Source: Octopus bimaculoides (lineage: Eukaryota). Taken from it: DNA of 64,000 bases. The DNA lies in contig NC_069003.1 in NCBI RefSeq assembly GCF_001194135.2, forward strand, positions 19,800,322 to 19,864,321. Direction: 5' to 3'. The position numbers and the translations under genes are program-made. Positions within the stretch are counted from its first letter, which is position 1. The number at the start of each line of letters is the position of its first letter. Under the pieces are notes generated by a model that did not search any database, had not been told where the DNA came from, and worked only from the letters and a program-made list of their open reading frames with translations. This document shows positions 23,785 through 36,413 of the stretch, piece after piece.

Positions 23785-24930
23785 GTAAAGTAGAAGCTCC
23801 AAGTAGCCTCATCTCTAAGACAACATATCTCCAAACAAAGAACTACAGAGGTGAACTGGTGGGGGTATGGACTAGAGGTTTTGGTCCATATAAGCTCGCC
23901 AGACCTCCACAAGATTGCGGAAGAACTGATACTGCCAGACGAAGCAAGGTTGAGAATAGTGGTGGAAGGAAGACCACCTGTATGTTTTTGTGGAGTAAGG
24001 GGACACATGAAAGCTAAGTGTCCCCAGAAACACAAAGAGGAGGAGACAGGGAAAGAATATCAGGAAGAAGAGAGTGCAACCGTGGAGGAGGAGAAAATGG
24101 AAGAGCAATATACAGTGGTAAAAAGAAAGAAGAGTAATGGCTCACCACCAAAAAGTCTGAGGAAGAAAAGAAAGGCAAGTGGAGAGGAGAAGCAGAGAGA
24201 AAAACAGGAGAATACGGATGAGAAGAGAAAAAACGAAAAGACAACAAAAGTGAGGAACAAATGCAGAAACCAACGACTAGCAAAGAGGAAAGAGTACAGA
24301 AGAGAAAGGAAAATGAAAGAGAGATGATAGCAACACAAAATGAGAGACAGAGACAGAAATGCCAGTGGCAGAGGAGAGGATTGGTGAGGAGAGGATTGGT
24401 GAGGAGAGGATTGGTGAGGAGAGGATTGGTGAGGAGAGGAGAGTGACACCCAAAACAAAAAACATAAGAACAATGGTGCAATATCCCAAAAGTGTAGAGA
24501 TAGAGAAGAGAATTGCCAAGATGAGGAACGTTATCAGAGTGAAATTAGTGGCCAAAGAGTATAATGAAAGTTTTAAAGCTGTTTTGCTTGAAAAAGAAAG
24601 AGGAGAGAAATTGAAAGAGTTTTTTGGTGAAAGGATAGAGATGACAGGAATACAAATTGGTTATGACAAATTGCCGCCGGTGGTGGTCTTCGAAGAGTTA
24701 ATAGAATATATGTTATAAACCAACAGATACAAGACCGATATGAACTGTTCATTTAAAAACAGTAAAATGGAACTACCTACTTATGCGGGGTAGGTAAGCC
24801 ATTTCATTCTCATTTTCATTATATCCATAATTCATTCTATATGTGTTTCTATGTACTCCAATGTATTGTTTTGACTGTTTTTGTTTTGTCCCTTCTCTAT
24901 TGAGGCCTTGTGCCTAATTAAAGAAATAAG
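23785..24930 (+). mobile_element. 5'-truncated retroelement carrying only an ORF1/gag-like zinc-knuckle ORF (L1/Tx1-ORF1-like), with no endonuclease or RT before the 3' end
   Basis: RLRIVVEGRPPVCF-CGVRGHMKAKCP (CCHC knuckle lacking one residue), K/E-rich region, continuation ORF 24359-24718, then a short 3' UTR ending AATTAAAGAAATAA. Confidence 0.65.
24371..24440 (+). repeat. 15-bp tandem repeat (GAGGAGAGGATTGGT)x4 plus a partial unit, in frame inside the ORF1-like element
   Basis: Direct reading; encodes EERIG repeats in the 24359 ORF. Confidence 0.95.
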
Positions 24931-26453
24931 GACTACCCTCTAAGCATGCATTATTTAATCTCCAAATGAGCACAGCCTGAAGCAGGCCTCATCTCTGTGG
25001 AGGCCTAAAGTACAGGCTAATCTAAATACTCAGTTTGTGGAAATTACACTTCACAAAGAAAAAAAATCTCATTTTTCCTTTCTCAAATGTGTGACACATA
25101 TTTCTAACAGAAATCGACTCAGCACTAAATCTGGAATGGTAATTTCCCCACCCCACCTACCACATATCTCACTGGGCTAATAAAAGTAATACAACTAACA
25201 ATGCTTTCATTGAAGTTTGAACCTGTAATGTTTGGAGTAAAAAAAAAAAAAGCAGTAATGCTTTAACCACTACACCATATAACCTTTATAATGGAAACAT
25301 TTTCATCTAGACTCCAAGAAAATCTATATTTTGTTTAAAGTATTCCATTAACTAGAATTTTTTTTAAAACTACTTTCTTGGAGGAAATAAAAATATAAAC
25401 TAATTTAATTTCATATATATTTTTTTATTTACAAAGAAAGCTTAAATCAAATTAATTTGACTTAAATAGAAAATAAATTGTGTGTATACCACGCCAATCT
25501 ATCTAAAGGGGATTTTTGAAAAATGGTAATAATATTAACATTTTTGAGCAGTTCTTTGTATTTTTTTTTTTAACTATCAAACTCATCTCAGATGTAATTA
25601 AAATCCAATTCATTATTAGTAAAGGAGATGGCTGTTTCCTGGATTTAAATTGAATTGTGACGATTGTAAACAATGAATAATGATTACCTTTATGCTTGCT
25701 TGCAACAAAAAAGGGGGTGAAAAACAACTAATGCAGGTCAGACTGAATTACTATGAAATAGTTCTCAATAAATCTCCCATTTAAATAAGAAGCAATGTTA
25801 TAATGAAATTAAATTCTCAAACATAAAATAATAATGATGATGAAAATTATGATGATCATCATTATCATCAAAAAAAGAACAACAAAATGATTCTTTTTAA
25901 ACAAGACCCTGTTCAATGACTACAAATTAAATGTTATATATATGAAGAAAATATTGATTTCCTTGGATTAGGTATTGTGTCCCTATGATTAAAAAGTATC
26001 TAGGCCATTTTTATCCCACCCCAGCATAAGTATTATATCTTGGATCACATTATCCAAAGTGATTTTTAAAAATCTTTTTAAGACGGTAGAGTATGATTTT
26101 TTATGGATATTTGACTATTATTTCAAGCAGATTGAGGATTCCTTAGTTAGTTTGTACCATCACAATGACTGCATGGCTAAGAATTTCACTCTGAAATTAC
26201 ATTGTTTCAGATTAGATAACACTATCCAGCACTTTGAGCAAGTATCTCTACCCATAGTCTCAAACCCAAGAAATTCAGTAGACAAACAGTATGGAAGCCT
26301 GTAAGAGGGACAATTCTTGTTCTTGGGTGACAGATTCAGTTTAACACCAACATCTGGTTCCTGAGTGTATTTAGGAGAATCCTCTCTACCGCAAGCCTTC
26401 AGGCAAGGTCTCTAGCCTGAAAAGAACTTCCTCCCTCCCTTTCTTTCACTTAC

Positions 26454-26499
26454 CATATTCTAAGTTCTGAAAAGAGTTGTAGACACTTCCAATGCTCCT
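26454..26499 (-). CDS. Candidate 46-nt exon (EHWKCLQLFSELRI or RSIGSVYNSFQNLEY)
   Basis: Acceptor tttttatttctatctcttAG, donor G|GTAAGT; two open frames; no family recognised. Confidence 0.3.
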
Positions 26500-28336
26500 C
26501 TAAGAGATAGAAATAAAAACATTGTATTTAAGGTGAGGCATGGTGTGTAAGAAAGAGGTTCATGTCAGCCTTGTGATTCTAGGTTCAATCCCACTGCACA
26601 GCACCTAACGCAAGTGTCTTACTAGTGTCACAAGTGAATCTGGTAAACAGAAAGTGTGTGTGCACATGTTTGGGAGGGGGAAAGAGAGAGAGAGAGACCA
26701 TGTGTGTGTCAGTGATGTTTACATTCTACAGTTGTCATTTCCCTGTCAACAAAATCACCTGGTAGCCTCATGCTTCTGATGACATGCGGAATGAAAAATT
26801 CCCTGGCTTGGAAAACAGATGGGGGGGGGGGGGTTAGAGGCAGGAAGGCCCTATAGCTGTAAAACAATGCTTCAAATATCTATATTTGTCTAATCCATGT
26901 AAGCATAGAAAAATGGACATAAAACGAAGTGGGGTGGCAGATGTAAGATCATTACAATATTGTAGAGTAGAAGTGAGATGACATATTAGAGATATTGCTG
27001 TCTAGTCCCAGATCCATGCTGATCGAACAAACCTATAATTAAACGCTTTCCAGTCATAACTATTCCATCTTATTAAAGGTATCAATGATCACATTATGTA
27101 ATGTGCTCTTCCCCATTTTTAACCCTTTCATAACATTATTATTAATGAAAATACACAACTTATATGCTTTAATTATGATTGACAAATAATCTAGAATTTA
27201 GAGGAATTAAAGATAACTGGCTTTTTTAATAATAATGTAAAAGTATTTTGGAAGATTTTAATTCATAATTTAATTTAAAACAATTTAAAATAGGAGGTTT
27301 TGAATCAAATAACCAAGGTGCAATCTCATGTGGGTTGATATCAACAGATGTAAAAAGGTGATGGGGATTTATCTGAGAGTTGGTAGCTATTTCTAGGAAG
27401 TGGAGCAACCACATAGAGACTCTCTCATTGACTTGTGCATTAGTGACATTGTTTCTGAGTATATTTTGTTTGGGTTTGGTTTGAATTACTACTGACAAAC
27501 ATGTTGAAAAGAACTACCATGCAATTATATGAACAAATGCTCCTTGTAAAGTGGTCAGATGTGGATTTTGAAAAAAAAGAAAGATTGATTAATATCAACA
27601 TACTCATAACAACTTATTCTGATAAAAGAATAGCTGAGAGAAGAAAATAATTAAATAAGTAATGAGCTGAAAGTAAACTTTCACTTCTCCAAAATCCAAT
27701 AACTTTGATGATTCACATCAATAATTTGAATTAGATCTGAAGATGAATTATATGTACAGTGCTTCTACCTGAGAAGAGTGTGTATAAAAATGTAAGTAAT
27801 ATATAAATACTGGGTTGAAAAACCTTTTCAGATAAAAGTCAAGAGTTACCCAGGGCCCCACAGGCAGCCTTCAAATTTTTCCATCTAAAAGGGCTTTTCA
27901 ACCCAATATTCATATGGCAGAATCATTAGCATGTTGGGTAAAATGCTTAGCAGCATTTCATCTGTCCTTACATTCAGAGTTCTAATTCCACTGAGGTCGA
28001 TTTTACCTTTCATCCTTTAGGGGCCAATAAAAAAAGTACCATTGATCACTGAGGTTGATGTAATTGACTCACCCTCTCCCCTGAAATTGCTTGACTTGTG
28101 CCAAAATTTGAAATCAATATTTACATGCTATTTTTTTCCTAATTTTATATGCTTTGTAATCCACTGTTCCTAAAAAGAATTATTTCATGGCATCTCAAAA
28201 GTTTATTAATTCTTCCACTCATATATAATGCAGAGTAGCATTATATCTCCTCTACAGTAAGACAGCTGCGCTTGTCCTTCCATCACACTTATATTGGTTG
28301 TCTAACCCACATGAGCATGGAAAAGTAGATGATAAA

Positions 28337-28371
<35 letters not shown>

Positions 28372-29729
28372 ATATACATACATGCACACACACACACACT
28401 TGGCATAGAACTATCACCCCTTGTTCCCTTCTCAAATATGACATCCTCTCCTTTCAGTTAATGAGGTTTTTTTCTTTTTCCCCCCTTTTTCCTTCTTGTC
28501 TTCCAAGGTACTTGGTAACCTCACTAGTGCTGGTGGCATAAAAAAAAAGCACACAATACACTCTGTAAAGTGGTTGCTGTTAGGAAGGGCATCTAACCAC
28601 AGAAACCATGCCAAAGCTGACACTGGAGCTTGACACAGTCCTGCAGCTTTCTGGATCCTGTTAAACCATCTAACCTAAGCCAACATGGGAAATGGATTTT
28701 AAATGATGAAGATAAGTTTCACTTAATATGAGAATAACCAGAAGTTTTGGAGTATGCTGACATCTGAAATATTTGAAGAAAAAAACTACAGAAATCTCAA
28801 CATGGCTACTAGCCTTGCAAGAAATAGCACCTAAATGCCTGCCATTTCACACCCTATCAAATTAACTCTTTTGATACCAACCTTCCTGAAGCAAATCTTA
28901 ACTCTATGAAACAAATTCATCGTTTTAAGGTGATCTAAATTAAAACCTTGCAATAAAATTTCATGTTAATTCATGATCCAAACACCAGCTTAAGGATAAC
29001 AAAATTATTTTACTAAATTCTTTATTATTTTCAAAATTAATTGAAACAAAGGCAGTGTATTTCAACAGAAATATAGTAACAATGGTGTAAGGAAAGGAGA
29101 TACTGGATAATACAGTCATAATTCCCACTAAAAAAAAAAACAGTTAAGTCACAGCTTGAAAACCTTTGATCAGCCTAGATGACCTGGGGCTAAACAACAA
29201 CAACAAAAATGTATTTTATAATCTGATCAGCTGCAACCCACTGGTATGTCAGATTGCAATATTTCAAAGAACACAGCATGTATTGACAGCACTACTGATC
29301 TAGTGCAACTGTGCATAACATACATCACCACAGAAATGCATACAATAACATGTTCAAAGCATGTGTTCTGTTAAATTAGCTCTACTAACATGGCAGCTAG
29401 TTCCGTTTACTGAAGTCACTCACCAACCATGAAGCATACCATGCAGCCAAACATCTATGCAATACAGAAAGGCTCATTTTATAGCATGAAGGAGCTATGG
29501 TACATGTAATCTGCAGTAAATAATTTGTTTCGTTTTATTTAGGGTAATCTTTAAAAAATTTTTTTTATCTTCTTGACTACTGTCAGTTATTAGACAAGGC
29601 CATTCTGAAGCAACCAGCTTCATTATTTCAATCATTTTTATTTATAGGGGGAAAGCAAAACATTCCCATCTACATGCAAAAAGGGAAAAATAAAATTATA
29701 ATAAATAAATTTGCAACAAGCTCCAGATA

Positions 29730-29970
29730 TGTGAGGTGGTATCAAAAAGGTCCCGAACTAATTATGTTTAATAAAAATAACTTATTTAACCTAAATTTTA
29801 ACACCATCTCCTTCAAAATAGTCCCCTTGCATAGCAATACATAGATCCCAGTGCTCCTGCCACTTTTGGAATTTGGCCCAGAAGTTGTTCCCTGTAAGTT
29901 AGTCAATGAACCTCCTGCGATTCGCTCTTGATTTTGAAAGGTGTTAAAATGGCAACCTTTGAGCTGCATC
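29730..29970 (-). mobile_element. mariner transposon 3' fragment with one TIR
   Basis: KFQKWQEHWDLCIAMQGDYFEG (mariner C-terminus); TIR-like tgaggtggtatcaaaaaggtcccgaact next to TA. Confidence 0.8.
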
Positions 29971-30563
29971 CCAGATCAAATGGACAGGTAGAGCATTTTG
30001 TGGACATTTCTAAAAGAGCTTTAAGAAGAGCAAACAAGTAAGTCACAGACGAAGTCACTCTGCAACAATTCCTAAGGGTATACAGAGTGACACTGAACCC
30101 AATACACCAACAGGGAGCTCATCAGCAGAACTGATGTTCATGAGGAAGGTGAAATCAATTTTTGATAAACTGTTAACTGGCAAGGAAAGAAAAAGTACCA
30201 GGAAAGACAATCCAAAATTTTTCAAAATTAGTGATAAGGTGTACATGAGGTCATATAAAAACAGAAAACAATACTTGGAAGAAGGAAAAATTATAAAGTA
30301 CAAGATTCATACAAAATGAACCAGACAGATTGGAAGAACCTATGGAATGGCTGTATGACACATTCCAGATACCAACACCATTACAGGTGGTTGAACCCAC
30401 ATGTACCAGTGGAAGAAAAAGGAAGAACACAGAGTTCCTACAAATAGACGCCAAAAAGAAAAAAATATAAAGTTGGAAAACAAAATGCTAAAAGAGGAGG
30501 AGGGGTGAAGAAAGTAGAATAAAATTACTTGCTTCCCAAAGAAAAAAAAACTAAAAGGGGAGA
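29967..30563 (+). mobile_element. Ty3/Gypsy integrase C-terminal remnant with polypurine tract
   Basis: HPRSNGQVEHFVDISKRAL (HPQSNGQAE motif), TPTGSSSAELMFMRKVKSIFDKL; stops and frameshifts; AAAAGGGGAGA just before TG at 30564. Confidence 0.8.
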
Positions 30564-30817
30564 TGCTGTAGTGAAAATGGTACTCCCCACATGACAAAGT
30601 GGTATGACAAGCCATTATAAAGTCAGACAGTCAGTCATTGTAGGAAGTCAGTAGTAGTAGAGTTGTTGTACAAGTTCTCAGTTGAAGTCAGTGTCAGTTA
30701 CATGATATATATACCAGTTTGAGTTACCTTCAAGGTAGATGTTTCCAAGTCATTGTCTTGCAGAGCTATCAGCAGTAGCATAATAAATGAGTCAAAGATA
30801 ATAAGACATGAAATACA
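30564..30817 (+). mobile_element. Probable 3' LTR of the Gypsy remnant
   Basis: Starts TG after the PPT, contains AATAAA (30782-30787), candidate end ..AATACA; right boundary uncertain. Confidence 0.4.
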
Positions 30818-31042
30818 GCCTCAAAATAATAGTGATGACAAGAATATTACAGTGCCAACAATAACATACAAGTGGATGAGGATCCACAATATAATACATA
30901 TATACATATATATGTGTGTGTGTGTGTGTATACACATATATACACACACACATATATATATACATACACACGCACACACACATACACTTGCATATATGTA
31001 CATATGTCATTGTGGTGGCTATCCCTTGAGGCTGAAGATGTT

Positions 31043-31073
<31 letters not shown>

Positions 31074-31460
31074 TTTGTATACTGACTGATAGACTCTGAG
31101 GTGAATGATGAGTCTAATTATTGCTCTGAATTTTCTCCCAAGTGGGGCAGGTGGTTCCTAATGGAAAATTCCTTCTTGGTTGTTCTCGTCTATCTTTACT
31201 GCATCTCCTTTTTTGCTCAACAGTTTTATATATACATATATATGTGTGTACATGTATATACACATATACATGTACACACACACACACACACACACATACA
31301 TACATACATACATATATGTATGTGCATATAAATATATTCATACATGTACAAACACACACACATATATAGGTATACATATATATACATGCACATACATATC
31401 TTTACACACACACACACACATACATGCAAAAATACCCAGGGAAAAAATGTACTCAGTACT

Positions 31461-31930
31461 CTAGTAGAGATTAATAATAGGACTCTCTCTCGGAGTGAAA
31501 GGTAGATTGTATGATGCTTGTGTGAGAACGGCTATGTTACATAGTAGTGAGACATGGGCTCTGACTGTAGAGGACATGCATAGGCTGGAGAGGAATGAAG
31601 GTAGCATGCTCCACTGGATTTGCAACATCAGTGTGCATAACTGACAGAGCACAACTGTGTTGAGAGAAAAGTTAGACACAAGAGGGATTAAATGTGGTAT
31701 GCAGGAGAGGAGAATGTGTTGATTTGGACATGTGATGCATATAGGTAAAGACAGCTGTGTACAGAAGTACCTGTCACTGAAAGTGGATGGTACCTGTGGA
31801 AGAGGGAGACCCAGGAAGACATGATATGAAGTGGTGGAGACTGATCTCAGGATGTTGGGGATCATAGAGAAAATGATAGTGGACTGAGATGTCTGGAGAT
31901 ATGAAGTTCTAGAGAAGACCCGTCCATGAA
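31461..31930 (+). mobile_element. RTE-clade LINE 3' coding fragment
   Basis: VKGRLYDACVRTAMLHSSETWALTVEDMHRLERNE..FGHVM..GRGRPRKT*YEVVETDLRMLG with stops. Confidence 0.9.
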
Positions 31931-32174
31931 ACTGAATATTAGAAGATTTGTGTCCCACCCCCTCTACCCTAAGAGATTGAACTACAACTCCTCTTCTAAC
32001 TGCATCTTTCTCTTCCTCACATTTCTACTTCACTTTGAGAATGTTTCACATTTCACCAGAAATACTTACATTTATATTTGTGAACCACATACCAGAGTCA
32101 CACATTACCTTCCCATTTCACTTTCATTTTATGCTCATCTACAGCACCCACCATATTTTGCTTTTGTTTTTTAA

Positions 32175-32400
32175 TTTTTAACATTTAAGCTGGCTATATC
32201 TGGCCCAAACATTTTATCTGTTTCATGATCAAACTGGCCAAATCTTCCCTCTCACACCTACCCTACAATGTCATTCTACAATAATACAATCATGCCACTG
32301 AAATCTCAAAGCTATGAGATAATGCATGATTAATTCAAAACAATGCAAATAAATAAGCATTACATGTGCTGCAGTAATCACCTGAATGCTAAAGGGTTAA
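32175..32400. mobile_element. piggyBac-type MITE
   Basis: Same family as 14624; ends gaatgctaaagggTTAA. Confidence 0.65.
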
Positions 32401-32804
32401 ATCTTTCTAAGCGTTGCTATACCTGACTCATCTTTCACTCAAAAAGGAAAAAAAATATATCGAATTTTCAAGATTTATTTCAGACTTTGAAATTTCAGAG
32501 AAACGATTATTAACTATATTAGAAACATCAAGAATTATTAACTATAGGTGCTTTAGGGTTAACACTGTATTTTACAAACAGAACAGATAAGAAATAGATA
32601 AATGAATAAATAAACAAAAAGAGAATAATCTTATTGTTAGATCTATTTAGGAAGGAATCTCAAGGTTTCAATTGTAAAACAAGCTCTTTCCAGGATGTAA
32701 CTGATGACATAAACATGAGATATGATCAAGGTTTTGACATTTGCAAATGGAAATTGAATTTAGATATAAAGGCACCTGAGAGTATGTGTGTGCGTGTGTC
32801 TGTC

Positions 32805-32914
<110 letters not shown>

Positions 32915-33083
32915 GAGAGAGAGAGATATGCATAGAAGGACCTACACATATACAGAATGAGAAACAGAAATGAGAAATGCAAGAGTAAAGCTGGAAGCAA
33001 GCTTTAGCAACAAAAAATAAATAAATGTGTGTGTGTATACATATAAACACACATACACATACACATAGACAGACAGACAGACA

Positions 33084-33141
<58 letters not shown>

Positions 33142-34228
33142 AACACACACATCCATACATACATACATACATATATAGTCATTGTGAAAAACAGAAATGA
33201 GAAACTCAGAGTGGGGTTTTAGTACCAAATATTTTATACATGTTTTGCTTTCATGTCAGCTTTGAGATACCAAACTTTCTGTTTATGCAAGACATAAAGA
33301 CATCACCATTGCCCAAGTGATGTCAATGTTGGATCAAGGGTGGGAGGTTCAAGAAGGCATTGGCTCACAAGTACATCATCATCATCGTTTAATGTCAGGG
33401 TATAGGTTGGACGGTTCATCAGGGATCTGGCAAGACAAAGGACTGTGTTAAGCTCCAGTGTTTGCTTTGTCATAGTTTCCACAATTGGACACTCCTCCTA
33501 ATGCTAACCAGTGTGTACGAGATGCTTTTGTTTTTTTACAGAACTAAAACAAATGAGATCACCAAGTAACTTGCAAGACGAAAAGGCCCTCTTAACTGTG
33601 TACAGACAGAAAGGTGTTTTATGTTAGGTGCTCAGAAGCTGAAGTATGAGAGATGATCAAGCTCAGATGCCTGGCTGTAAAAGAAGTACATGGCTACCTC
33701 ACATTATATTATATATACATGGGCACATAAACAATTAGTAAAAGCACAGGACATGTTACTAAGTTATAGTCACTTCTGAGTGATGGATGTGGTATATATT
33801 TATTGTAGGAAAGTTGGTGTTAAAATGTCAAAACATATTAAATAGTTGTTCATTTACTGTAGTTTAAATTCATGGCAGGTAAATGTGTATATGTACAACA
33901 AACAGATATTTGTGTTAAAAGCAGATGTTCTTTTATGTGTGCGTGTGTGTGCACGCACACACACACATACAAACACTCACTCAATTATATGATGATGTAT
34001 ATTTTATGATAATATGGTGTGTAATAATATGGTATACATTTATAAAGGAAACACCCCTTGTTAGTGTTTGCCTACAGCAATTGAATTTGAATAGAAGTTC
34101 GATGGTAATGATGAAAGCAATGATAATGATGATGACAGTGGTGATAGTGGTGCTGGTGGTGATGATGATGATGGCAATCATTATGATGGATGTAATGATG
34201 GTGGTAACGATGATAATAACAGTAGTGG

Positions 34229-34229
34229 A

Positions 34230-34264
<35 letters not shown>

Positions 34265-34385
34265 AGAAGAAGAAGAAGAAGAAGAAGAGGACGAAGAAGA
34301 AGAAGAAGAAGAAGAAGAGGACGAAGAAGAAGAAGAAGAAGAAGAGGACGAAGAAGAAGAAGAAGAAGACGAAGAAGAAGAAGAA

Positions 34386-34479
<94 letters not shown>

Positions 34480-34683
34480 NNNNNNNNNNNNNNNNNNNNN
34501 NNNNNNNNNNNNNNNNNNNNNNNNNNNNNNNNNNNNNNNNNNNNNNNNNNNNNNNNNNNNNNNNNNNNNNNNNNNNNNNNNNNNNNNNNNNNNNNNNNNN
34601 NNNNNAAGAAGAAGAAGAAGAAGAAGAAGAAGAAGAAGAAGAAGAAGAAGAAGAAGAAGAAGAAGAAGAAGAAGAAGAAGAAG
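34229..34683. repeat. Long (GAA)n purine tract with GAG/GAC interruptions, spanning a gap and preceded by a (GAT/GGT)n tract
   Basis: Direct reading; gap 34480-34605. Confidence 0.95.
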
Positions 34684-34788
34684 ACACAAAACATGGAGAA
34701 CAAAAGCACAGCAAATTTACCTTTTACTTTCTCTTTTTTAATGTAAAAATCCCAAGTAAAGCTAAAAGAATGTTCCGAGAACCGTCAT

Positions 34789-34824
34789 ACTCACCTGCAA
34801 AATAAAAATAACAAAGAATATTAG
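34789..34824 (-). promoter_or_regulatory. Candidate recursive splice site (3'SS immediately followed by 5'SS)
   Basis: Minus strand reads CTAATattctttgttatttttattttgCAG|GTGAGT; junction 34795/34794; branch-point-like CTAAT about 26 nt upstream. Confidence 0.4.
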
Positions 34825-35694
34825 AATTCAGTTATGAAAGATCATTGATTTCAAACATAAGTATAAACAAAGACACAAATTTTAGAGTAAGTGAGCTACA
34901 GGTGATTGATTATATCAACCTCAAGTAGTTGATTGTTCCTTCAAGCAATGAAAAGCAAAGTGGACCCTGGCAGGATTGAAACACTGTAACTAAACATGGT
35001 TAAGACATTTTGCTCCATACTCTACCGAGTTAGCCAGACCACAGTGCTCAAATAAGAAATCAATACAAGAGTCAATAAGAAGTCTCTAGGTGGTTGTCAA
35101 TCTGCTAGAAAAAAACAAATTACACGTAAATGTCTTGAAAAGAGAGAACTACGCAGGATAACACATTCATGAATGTACAATGTCTAAGGGATGCATGGAA
35201 TAGTGATGGGTGGAGTATCTTTGATCATGAGTCTATTTTTTTTTTATCAGGACTGACCTAGGGCTAAACAAGAACATTTAATTAATACAAGTAATTTCCA
35301 CAACACTAGGTAAGTTCATGAAGCGAGGAAAATAAATAGGCTACTAGCAAACTCTATGATCAATCTTTTGATCACAGAATTTGACCTTAGTTGGATGGAA
35401 TGGAGGTTGTAGCTTTAAGTGACTTGTCTAAAGACCCAATGAAACAAGCTACTGTAAATTTGAACACATAAATCCTGCAAAGGTTACTTTCACCTATCAT
35501 CCTTCCAAGGTTTGATAATTAAAGACCCAGTTTGTGGTAGTGGGTGATGTGTGGAATTGTTGGAAAGTTAGATGGGTGCTTTGCAATGTTTACTCCAGCT
35601 GAGGTAGCAATGAAGCAGAACCATTAGCATACCAGGCAGAATGCTTAGCAGCATTTCGTCCATCTTTATGTTCTGAGTTCAAATTCCAATCTGA

Positions 35695-36326
35695 GGACAT
35701 GTTCCGAGAGTGATAAAAATCAAACATCCAGTCAACATCATGGTTTTTAGGGTGATCACTAGTGAGGGTGACATTATGCCACCATTCATCTTCCCACATG
35801 GCCTCAGACTCAACATGGAAGCCTACATCAAGTGCCTGGAAGAAGCAGTGCTGCCCTCAGTCAAGAAGGCGGCTACTGGAACACCCTATGTCTGGCAACA
35901 GGACTCTGCACCATGTCACACAAGCAGGACAACTCAGTCATGGTTGTCAGACAATTTCTGTGACCACATCACCCCTAACATCTGGCCACCTAACTCCCCA
36001 GACTGCAACCCCCTTGATTATTATGTGAGGGGCACAGTTGAGCGAGAGACCAACAAAACTCCTTGTAACACCAAAGATGAACTGAAGGCAAGAATTATGG
36101 CAGCATTCACCAGCTTAAACAAGGAGACTGTCCAGAAGAGTTGCAAGAGATTCCAAACTTGTCTGGAGGTTGTGATTGAAGCCAATGGCGATTGTATTGA
36201 ATAAATTTACTCTTTAGTATTTCAAGATATTTTATGTAATTTTGGTAAATATATCTGCTAAAATGAGATATCAGTGTTATTTTCATTTTTGCGTAACTTA
36301 GAAAACAGTTTATTCACCACACTCTG
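35695..36326 (+). mobile_element. Tc1/mariner DD37D (maT-family) transposon 3' half with right TIR; 5' part missing
   Basis: ORF 35710-36204 WQQDSAPCH...WPPNSPDCNPLDY, with 37 residues counted between the last two Asp; TIR tttattcaccacactctg followed by TA. Confidence 0.9.
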
Positions 36327-36338
36327 TATGTATGTATG

Positions 36339-36413
<75 letters not shown>

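Noticed and set aside
25205-25285. tRNA gene on the minus strand (A and B boxes)
   Set aside because: The anticodon arm is replaced by a poly-T run and there is no acceptor stem; a decayed SINE head or pseudogene.
33925-34746. 273-aa poly-Lys ORF and the antisense poly-Phe/Leu/Ser ORFs
   Set aside because: Translations of (GAT/GGT)n and (GAA)n microsatellites spanning a gap.
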